Shown: positions 28,851-36,064 of the stretch, one piece after another
How positions within the stretch are numbered: the stretch's first letter is position 1
Layout: every line of letters starts with the position of its first letter
Assembly: GCA_963723125.1 (NCBI GenBank)
Contig: CAVRPQ010000003.1
Span: forward strand, 837,762 to 901,761
Direction of reading: 5' to 3'
DNA: 64,000 nt
Origin: an uncultured bacterium
GTDB taxonomy: Bacteria > Verrucomicrobiota > Verrucomicrobiia > Limisphaerales > UBA11358
The notes under the pieces: model-generated
Told to the model about the DNA's origin: nothing
What the model saw: the letters and a program-made list of their open reading frames with translations, nothing else
Database searches by the model: none
Translations under genes and position numbers: made by a program

Positions 28851-29170
28851 GAATTGTCCACAGCCACAAACGCGGCTCATCCGCGAACTTGAACAGTCCC
28901 TATGCGGGACGCGGAAGCGAATTGTCCGTAGCCACAAACAATCCACGTCCGCAGACAGTCCGCGCCAACAGGCGCATTCGCAAACAGTCCGTGGCCTTGC
29001 ACAAGCAATGGCTTCAATCATCCGTGAATGCGCAACGGCAGCGAACGCGAATTGTCCGCAGACAGTCCGCAGCCGTGAACAATCCACGTTCGCAAACTGG
29101 TCACGCACGCAATTTGTCCGCGACCGAGGCCCGGCAATGATTGATCCGCGTCCCCGGATTGTCGTGTCCG
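28851..29170. repeat. Iteron-like cluster: at least 12 copies of a degenerate (A/C)A(A/T/C)(T/A)GTCC(G/A)(C/T) box
   Basis: Examples: GAATTGTCCAC (28851), GAACAGTCCC, GAATTGTCCGT (28918), AGACAGTCCGC, AAACAGTCCGT, GAATTGTCCGC (29048), ACAGTCCGC, AATTTGTCCGC (29111), GTGTCCGC. All lie in a non-coding stretch upstream of the HTH-ParA operon. Confidence 0.7.
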
Positions 29171-29218
29171 CATGGGTTACGGCCAATTTCCCGGTTTTCA
29201 TTCAAATCATTGCACCCT

Positions 29219-29671
29219 ATGAACACGTTTGATCCAGTCGAAGTCCGCAAAGCGGTCGCAGAATTTACACCGCGCCGGCCACAGAAGTTCCAGGATTTGG
29301 TCCCGGCGAAAGAGGTCATCGTTGAATTGCGACAGAAAGGCGGGTCGTATCGTTCCATCGCCGAATTGCTGACGCAACACTGTTTGCCGACCAGCAAGAC
29401 GGCCATCGCCATGTTCTGTCACCAGGTTCTCGGCGAAAATATCCGGCCACGCAAACGGCCAACACGGAAACGCCAGCCAACTTCGGTGCCGGCAAATGGG
29501 GTAGCAGCAACCACGGATTCAACGCCTGCGGGCGAATCCGGCACTCCGGCTGAACCTTCGCCAAATTCAGACGCCGGCGAAACATCGCTCGCCCGTTCGC
29601 GCGGCCCGCGCATCGCTCAAGTCCGCAAACTCAATCCACAATCCAATGAAAAGACTGATTCTCATCCTTAA
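29219..29671 (+). CDS. Putative HTH DNA-binding protein of the mobilisation module (150 aa)
   Basis: From the ATG at 29219. The GGSYRSIAELLTQHCLPTSKTAIAMFCHQVL segment looks like a helix-turn-helix. Basic, Pro-rich tail. Homologous to the frameshifted gene at 35462-35718. Confidence 0.5.
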   Translation: MNTFDPVEVRKAVAEFTPRRPQKFQDLVPAKEVIVELRQKGGSYRSIAELLTQHCLPTSKTAIAMFCHQVLGENIRPRKRPTRKRQPTSVPANGVAATTDSTPAGESGTPAEPSPNSDAGETSLARSRGPRIAQVRKLNPQSNEKTDSHP

Positions 29672-30338
29672 TGGCAAAGGCGGCGTCGGCAAAAGTTTCT
29701 TCGCCGTCAATTTCGTCCAATTCCTCAAAGACAAGGGCATCGTCCACACCGCAATTGACAGTGACAACGAGAACTCGACGTTGAAACGGTTTCATCCCGA
29801 TACGCGGTTTCTCGATTTGAGCAAACGGCGCGACCTTGACGCCATTTTTGCCGCGCTGGCAAAGACAAATCTGGTCGTGGTGGATTGCCGCGCCGCATCC
29901 ACCGACCTGTTTATTGATTTTTTTCACGAAATTGATTTGCCAGCCATGCTTACAGCGTTTGACGCCAAGCTCACCCTGGTCATGCCGGTGAATCATGAAT
30001 CGGACAGCGTTGATCAAATTCAACGAATGACCGATGAATTCAAAAACCGGTGCAATTACGTTGTCGTTCGCAACGCTGCGCACAGTGACAGCTTCGCCAT
30101 TTTTGAATCCAGCGAAGTCCGAGCGCTTCTTGCCGACAAACTCGGCGGACGTGAAATCACCATGACCCGGATGCAAGACTGGTTGGTCGAGGCGCTCAAC
30201 GCGGAGAACCTGACGATTTCGGCAGCAACAAAACATGTTTCGTTCAGCCTGCTGGACCGGCAACGAATTCAAACCTGGCAGCGAAAACTTTTCGCTGAAA
30301 TTGAATCAGCCGCAAACCTGCTTTTGCCCTCAAAGTGA
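29646..30338 (+). CDS. ParA/MinD-like P-loop ATPase
   Basis: Deviant Walker A ILNGKGGVGKS and Walker B-like LVVVDCRA. Confidence 0.8.
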   Translation: MKRLILILNGKGGVGKSFFAVNFVQFLKDKGIVHTAIDSDNENSTLKRFHPDTRFLDLSKRRDLDAIFAALAKTNLVVVDCRAASTDLFIDFFHEIDLPAMLTAFDAKLTLVMPVNHESDSVDQIQRMTDEFKNRCNYVVVRNAAHSDSFAIFESSEVRALLADKLGGREITMTRMQDWLVEALNAENLTISAATKHVSFSLLDRQRIQTWQRKLFAEIESAANLLLPSK

Positions 30339-30709
30339 TGTCTAAGCCCGCCACACAGCCGCCGGACTTCGACGAGGAATTCACCAAGGCCGTTGCCGAG
30401 TGGCGCGATAAGCATCGGCTGCGAGAAGACGACGCGGTGATATTGCTTGTCGAATTGTTCCGAATTCACCAAAGGCATTGGGATGAACTTCGCCGCCGGG
30501 AAATTCCCGCGTTTTCCGAATTTCGGGCGGACATTGGCAAACTGGCTGACGCCGCGCGGACATTTCAGGTCCAATCATCCTCCTTGTTGGAGGCGATTCG
30601 CGGTCAGCCGATGGGCAACCGTTCGGTTCGGATAACCCGCACCGCCGCAATTTTTGCCGCGCTTGCCTGTCTTCTGGGGGGCTATCTCATCGGGAGGGCG
30701 TGGCGATGA
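30338..30709 (+). CDS. Small C-terminally membrane-anchored protein (about 123 aa)
   Basis: TGATG overlap with the parA-like stop. C-terminal TM segment AAIFAALACLLGGYLIG. ATGA overlap with the next gene. Confidence 0.45.
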   Translation: MSKPATQPPDFDEEFTKAVAEWRDKHRLREDDAVILLVELFRIHQRHWDELRRREIPAFSEFRADIGKLADAARTFQVQSSSLLEAIRGQPMGNRSVRITRTAAIFAALACLLGGYLIGRAWR

Positions 30710-31491
30710 AACTTCACCTCATTCCGTTCGACCCGATAATTCTGCCGCCAGACCTCATGCTCGCGTTGCGGCACCCGCAATACTTCTTGGCGGCTGGCGG
30801 AATTCTTCTGACTCTCATCGCAGTTTGGCTCTTGTTCATTCCTCGCAATCCCAATGGCTGCGTCGCGCGACTCGGCGGACTGAAGTGGAAACGCAATCAA
30901 TTCTGTCGCGGCTGGCTCATCACCGGCGACACCGGCTCTGGTAAAACCAGTTCGGGCATCAACCAACTGGCGCATCAGGTTTTTCAAAATGAACCAACAT
31001 GGGGTGGGTTGTGCGTTGACGAAAAGGGCGTTTATTGGGAAACGCTCTCGGCAATGGCGCGTCACTACGGCCGCGAAAACGATTTGATTCATCTGCAAAT
31101 CCGCGCAAACGTCACCGATGCGCAGTGGACGCCACCAAATCGCTACAACCTGACCGGCGACCGCAGCATTCCATTTTCCACCTACGCCAAGTTCATCGTG
31201 GACACCGCTACGAGTCTTGGTCAGGGCGGGGACAAAGGTTTTTTCAAAAGCCAGGCCCAAACGCACATTGCGCACGCACTCGAAATGCTCTTTGAATTGA
31301 ACCGCCCCGTGACATTGCTCGATGCGTATGAATTGTTATCCAACGGCGACCTGCTCGAAGAAGAAATGGAAAATCTCGAAAACCTCCTCGAAACGCCGCG
31401 CCGGGCCGCCATTCACGCACACTTTCTTGACCGTTTTCTCACCCAGCCTGCCGAGCAATTTGGCGGTGTTCGAGAAACCATTGGCAACTAT
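30706..31491 (+). pseudogene. Type IV coupling protein (TraG/TraD/VirD4-like), 3'-truncated after about 260 codons
   Basis: Two N-terminal TM-like segments and Walker A ITGDTGSGKTSSG. T4CPs are normally about 600 aa or longer. Here the ORF runs into antisense integrase sequence at about 31490 and stops at 31518. Confidence 0.6.
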
Positions 31492-31941
31492 AATCGGCCA
31501 CGGCAGCCAGTTCATTGAAAGGCAAAAGTTGTGAAGTTTCCGCAGGTGAACGTTCGTGCTGACCGTGCCCGCCTTGAGGCAGGCGAGCAGATGCTCGCCT
31601 TGCGTTTCAAGAATGACGCGATGGCGAATTAGGTCCAACGCGGCTTGCTTGGCTGCCTGCCGCCAGCGATCCTGGGTTGAACCGCTTTTGGTCTCGATGA
31701 TGGCATCAAGAGCTTGTTGCCAGGTCCGGGTTGCGACGCCTGAATCGGTTCCGGCCAGGTATGCCTTCGCAATCTGGAGATTCAGATGCGGTTGGCGGAT
31801 GGATTCATTCTGGGCGTTGAGCAGCGATGTGGCCTCGGCGCGATTCCTCGTGCCAGTGCTTTCCTGCTTCCGGGTTTCAGTGTCTTCGATGTAGAACATG
31901 CCGCCGCGTTTGCGGCGGTAGAGGATGTAACGACGTTTCAT
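31492..31941 (-). pseudogene. Tyrosine recombinase/integrase, N-terminal (arm/core-binding) part only
   Basis: MKRRYILYRRKRGGMFYIEDTETRKQESTGTRNRAEATSLLNAQN...TNVHLRKLHNFCLSMNWLPWPI resembles integrase N-terminal domains. The catalytic R..HxxR..Y domain is absent. The frame continues into antisense T4CP sequence. Confidence 0.55.
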
Positions 31942-32155
31942 AGTTTCAGACTTTTGGTCCGAAGCTATGAGGTTGAACGCGGCTTTGGGCGTATCAGCTA
32001 CACCAAACGGGCTGCGAATCCCGTCGTCGCGAGTGATTGCCGAGTTTTACCGGAGTAGTTGTTGAGTAGTAGCCCGGTATTGATTTCACTGGCACTTTCA
32101 CTGGCACTGGCCTCCTCTGGCATCTGCAACCCGTTGCAAAAGTGCAACTTGGAGT

Positions 32156-32176
32156 TGGAGGCGAGGGTCGGAATCG
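32156..32176 (-). repeat. tRNA 3'-end fragment (Cys-like: U73, acceptor CCTCGCC), att-core-like
   Basis: The minus strand reads CGATTCCGACCCTCGCCTCCA: T-loop 3' half, T-stem 3' strand, acceptor 3' strand, U73 and CCA. No T-stem 5' strand lies upstream. It sits about 215 bp upstream of the integrase remnant. Confidence 0.5.
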
Positions 32177-32373
32177 GGCGGTTCACCGTCTATTTACCGT
32201 CACTTTTCAGGCGTAAATATATGATTTTTCACCAATAAATGCAAGAGTTTTTTCACTACTCTTGACCTTTCGGAACGAACTCATTGCATACCCCCTTACT
32301 GAAGGTTCTACTGAAACTTTTACTGAAGGTTTCAGTGTAGGTTGTCCAAGCAAAATCAGGGTGGTCATGGCGT

Positions 32374-32892
32374 TTAGGCAAAATAGCCGAGAGCTTTCAA
32401 GGATGAAAAATTACCCTGTCCCATGATTACATGGTCGAGGACTTCAATCTTCAAAATCTGCCCGGCACGGATTAAATCGCGTGTCACTTTGATGTCCGCT
32501 TGTGACGGGCTGCTTTCGCCCGATGGATGACAGTGCATGAGAATCAGGGCATGGGCGGCGGTCAAAACTGCCAGCCGAAAAACCTCACGACTATGAACTA
32601 ACAGGGTGTCCTGCGTGCCGATGGAAACAAGCTGATGGCCTTTGATGCGGCGTCGCGTGTTCAAGAGCAGGACGGCCAAACATTCACACTCCGGGTTGAA
32701 ATGGGGATGGGTGGCGATGTGCAATTTCCAGTAGGCGGCGGCTTGGTCGGGGGTGTCGCATAGCTGCAAGGATTCAGGCGTGGGACACTCGCGCAAGGGC
32801 GTCACCTTGTATTCGTAGGGACTGGCCGAAAACTTGAACGGTTTAACCAGCGGTTCCATGCCGGGGAAAAGCAGGGTCGTGTTCATAATCAT
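32374..32892 (-). CDS. radC: RadC-like JAB/MPN domain protein
   Basis: From the ATG at 32892 (or 32886). JAMM motif HCHPSGESSPSQADIKVT and C-terminal LDHVIMG. Confidence 0.8.
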   Translation of the reverse strand: MIMNTTLLFPGMEPLVKPFKFSASPYEYKVTPLRECPTPESLQLCDTPDQAAAYWKLHIATHPHFNPECECLAVLLLNTRRRIKGHQLVSIGTQDTLLVHSREVFRLAVLTAAHALILMHCHPSGESSPSQADIKVTRDLIRAGQILKIEVLDHVIMGQGNFSSLKALGYFA

Positions 32893-32893
32893 T

Positions 32894-33274
32894 TCAGGCG
32901 TTGAAGGTGGCGGCGGGGCGTGAACCGTATTTGCTGCGCGGGTCGCCGGAATGGACGTTGTAAGGAGCGCACGTCCCGCAAGGGTGCTGCCAGACGCAAC
33001 GGCGTTGATTCCAGTGAAAGCCCAAACGCCAAAGGGCATTGGCGGCGGCGCGGTGGGTGTGGGCGGGAAAATCCAGCCAAATCCAGCGGCCAACGATTTC
33101 CGCCAGTTCATATTGGGTGGGCAGTTGGGCTTTGAGCAAACCCAAGACGGACTGAATGGACAATTCACGGTTGGCGGTGTGGGCGGCGAAAGCGCGGGTT
33201 TTTGTTTTTGAAACCGACGATGGCCGGACATTCGCCGGTGCTGACGCTTCGTTTTTGAAATTTGTTGTGTTCAT
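32894..33274 (-). CDS. Hypothetical protein commonly seen beside radC in mobile elements (126 aa)
   Basis: W-rich C-terminal half (GRWIWLDFPAHTHRAAANALWRLGFHWNQRRCVWQHPCG). It ends 1 nt before the radC-like start. The family name is not recalled with confidence. Confidence 0.45.
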   Translation of the reverse strand: MNTTNFKNEASAPANVRPSSVSKTKTRAFAAHTANRELSIQSVLGLLKAQLPTQYELAEIVGRWIWLDFPAHTHRAAANALWRLGFHWNQRRCVWQHPCGTCAPYNVHSGDPRSKYGSRPAATFNA

Positions 33275-33722
33275 AGCTTTTTTTTGAAACCGCTGTCCGT
33301 CACCCTGCCGTTTGCTGCTCGCTTCACTGATGGGGAGACAGCAAGCCGCGCGCGCCAGCGCATGAACAACCTGGTGAAAGCTAAAACCGTGACAGCGGCG
33401 GAAGGGCTAGAGGGAGCCGCTGGCGCGGTTTTTGATCTCGCCTCAAATCTCGGCTTGATGTCGGACGAGCGAGCAGCAAACGGTGGGGTGATGGCGGGCG
33501 TAAAAAAGGCGAAGACACACAACCTGACTCATTCTGTCGGGGCGGATCAAGCGAGGGGAAACGGGGTTTCTGAACACTTGGAAGGAACCCCGTTTCTCCT
33601 CCGCCCGCCCGTTCAAGCCAAAGTCTTGCGATGTTTTGCGAGTGGAGCGCTCCGGCGAAAGGGCGTCGGGGTGAGACGGAATAGCGGCAGGAGCAAAAGC
33701 TCGCAAGTCTTTGGCGCACTAT

Positions 33723-34625
33723 TCATTGCTGCTGCTGAACATCCAGTAACTGCTTCAATTCCGATTCAGGCCGTGGACTGGCGAAGAAAATTCTTCCGTT
33801 TCCATCCTTCATGTCCGCGCCTTGCGCGTTTTGAATATACAGGCAATAACCGCGTGGAATGATATTGCCACTGGAATCCGAACTGCGCGCAACATAAACC
33901 GGCACGTCGGCATTGGCCAGTTTTTGAAATGCCTCCTGATTATTTTTGAGCGTGTATTTTTCCGCACGGATTTCATCGGCCAGCGTTTTGTTAAAGTGAT
34001 ATTTCATTTCTCCATACGCCACGCCGATTCCCAAAATGGCAATGGACAAGCCGACGGCGACTCCCGCCGTCAATGCCACTTTCCAGATGCGCTGCGGCCA
34101 CAGTTGCGCGGCGCGGTCGGCGGCAGCGTTGAGTTTGTCCACAGTCGGCCCGACGGTATAGGCGAGATCACTCGCCCGAACATGAAGCGGCATGAAGATA
34201 TTTTTCATTGCATCTTCGATTCCCCTTACAATCGCCTTGGTGTCCACTTGCGAACCGAGATTTTTCAACATCAATTCGATGCTGGCAACCGTCTCGTCGC
34301 ACTTGGCCTGCGTGATTTTGCAAAGTTCATCCGTCTTGGCGGCGTGATTGGTAATGTTCACGTCGCGGGCTTCAATCGTCTTGGCGATCATGGCGATTTG
34401 TTCGCGCGTGTCCTCCAAGATGGCAAATGACTCCTGATTTGCCTGAACTGCGGCCTTGGGGATGCGCTCGACATAGCGGGCATACACGTCCAGCACCAGC
34501 AACAGTTGGGTGAAAAACTGCGTGCTGTCGCCGTCGGCAAACCGCTGATAGACCTTCCGCGCCAGCTCCCGCTTCTCAACGGGATAGGTGGCGAGCATTT
34601 CTTCAAATAAATCTGGTTCGGCCAT
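33723..34625 (-). CDS. Hypothetical membrane-anchored coiled-coil protein (300 aa)
   Basis: Long helical N-terminal part and one TM segment (WKVALTAGVAVGLSIAILGIGVAY). It occupies the position downstream of parA-like gene 2. Confidence 0.45.
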   Translation of the reverse strand: MAEPDLFEEMLATYPVEKRELARKVYQRFADGDSTQFFTQLLLVLDVYARYVERIPKAAVQANQESFAILEDTREQIAMIAKTIEARDVNITNHAAKTDELCKITQAKCDETVASIELMLKNLGSQVDTKAIVRGIEDAMKNIFMPLHVRASDLAYTVGPTVDKLNAAADRAAQLWPQRIWKVALTAGVAVGLSIAILGIGVAYGEMKYHFNKTLADEIRAEKYTLKNNQEAFQKLANADVPVYVARSSDSSGNIIPRGYCLYIQNAQGADMKDGNGRIFFASPRPESELKQLLDVQQQQ

Positions 34626-34637
34626 AACGACTCCTGT

Positions 34638-35465
34638 TTAGTTGGTGAGGTTCACTTTCGCGCCACGCTTGGCGGCAATCGGTTCGCCGATGGGCGGCAC
34701 AATCTTGGGTTTTATACCCGCCGCTTCGATGGCTGGCAAAAGTTTTCCGGCAATCTGGTCATACTGATTGAACATGGTGGCCAGCCAGTCCTGCAAGACG
34801 CCCCGCGCCATTATGTCCAGGCCAAGCGCATCGCTGCCGATGGCTTCATTGAAAGGAATGCCGCGCTGCTGCTCGGCCTCAAGTTTTGCCAGCCGGAGTT
34901 TCACAAATTCCGACAGCACCGGCACGGTGAGGGTGACGGCGCCGCAGTCGAGCAGTTCCTTTTCCAGCGGGCTATTGTCAAACATCCGGTTTCTGGACGC
35001 CCGCGCCGGATTGCGGACAACGACATAATCCACCTGTTTGCCGCAGAACTGGCAAACCGCGTCAAGGTTGGTCATTACGTCCATGTCATCGAAGGGAAAC
35101 ACCATGAGCGTGACGCCGATGTTCTGCGCGCTGGCGATGTCAAAGAAATGCGTGGCGGCAAGCGCCTTAATCAGTTGCGCGTCCAGATGCGCCCGTGGGT
35201 CAATCAGGGTAACGGGCTTGGCGGTGGTCTTCCGCAGGATCAAAATGAGTTCGTCCAGGTCTTCGGCCTGCCCGCTCAAGGGTGTCAGCTTCACCTGGCC
35301 GGGGAACAATCGGGACAAGGTGCGGTTGTCGCCGTCCAGATCAAATCCCTGCCACGGGATGCCGCGTTGGTTGAGCCAGCACGCGCGGGCGGTGGCTTCG
35401 ATGCTTTTGCCCACGTTTCCTTTGGCCTGAATGGGCAGAATCAGGCGATATTTGTTTGTTTTCAT
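34638..35465 (-). CDS. ParA-like P-loop ATPase (divergent)
   Basis: Deviant Walker A IQAKGNVGKS. Same position relative to the HTH gene as 29646-30338. Confidence 0.6.
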   Translation of the reverse strand: MKTNKYRLILPIQAKGNVGKSIEATARACWLNQRGIPWQGFDLDGDNRTLSRLFPGQVKLTPLSGQAEDLDELILILRKTTAKPVTLIDPRAHLDAQLIKALAATHFFDIASAQNIGVTLMVFPFDDMDVMTNLDAVCQFCGKQVDYVVVRNPARASRNRMFDNSPLEKELLDCGAVTLTVPVLSEFVKLRLAKLEAEQQRGIPFNEAIGSDALGLDIMARGVLQDWLATMFNQYDQIAGKLLPAIEAAGIKPKIVPPIGEPIAAKRGAKVNLTN

Positions 35466-35718
35466 ATTTCGAGGTTGAACCGATATTGGTTCGTTGGTTT
35501 GGTTGTTGTTGGTTGCGGTGTTGGAGTGAAAATGGGTGCTGCCTGTTCAACTTCAAGCGGGCTGCTGTTGCGTGGCCGGCGGGCGATGGCCCGCTCGCAG
35601 AAACGATAAACGGAAGTGAACGTGATTGAACGCCGTGCTCGTTGAGCCACTTGGCAATCTGGCGATAGGTCCAATGCTTGCGGCGCAAAGCGAAGATGGC
35701 TTCGCGGTGCGCTTCCAA
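35462..35718 (-). pseudogene. HTH protein homologous to 29219-29671, apparently frameshifted near 35630
   Basis: MEAHREAIFALRRKHWTYRQIAKWLNEHGVQ (frame of ORF 35341-35718) continues as ITFTSVYRFCERAIARRPRN only in the frame of ORF 35462-35947. Joined, the two parts parallel KEVIVELRQKGGSYRSIAELLTQHCLPTSKTAIAMFCHQVL. Confidence 0.45.
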
Positions 35719-36064
35719 TTTGCTGCGCGTTCTGCGCTCGGCTTTCGTTTTCGGCTTGTGGCTGCAAATTCATTTTTGTCCCGTTTTTATGCGCCAATAA
35801 TTCCGTCAGACGTTTGCGCAAATGTTGCGCGAACAGTTCGCGCAACGCGCGCCGGGCGGCGAGTCCCTCTAGCTGTGCTAAGGGAAGATGTCTGACAGAA
35901 TTATTGGCTTTTAACATGGTCTTCATAGCTGTGTGCATCGTTGCCATGACGATACGGCGATGAAGGGATATTGCTTACCGAGTAGTGGGAGGGTTGGTTC
36001 GGAGTAAGTGAGAATAGTGACTTCAAGGGGATGACGAGGCGCAAATTCCGCTTACAGTGGCTTC

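Noticed and set aside
31985-32035. Possible complete tRNA around GGGCTGCGAATCCCGTCGTCGCGAG on the plus strand, and around 32100-32200 on the minus strand.
   Set aside because: The T-loop lacks the invariant TTC. No cloverleaf (acceptor or D-arm pairing) can be drawn by hand. Only the 21-nt 3' fragment at 32156-32176 is tRNA-like.
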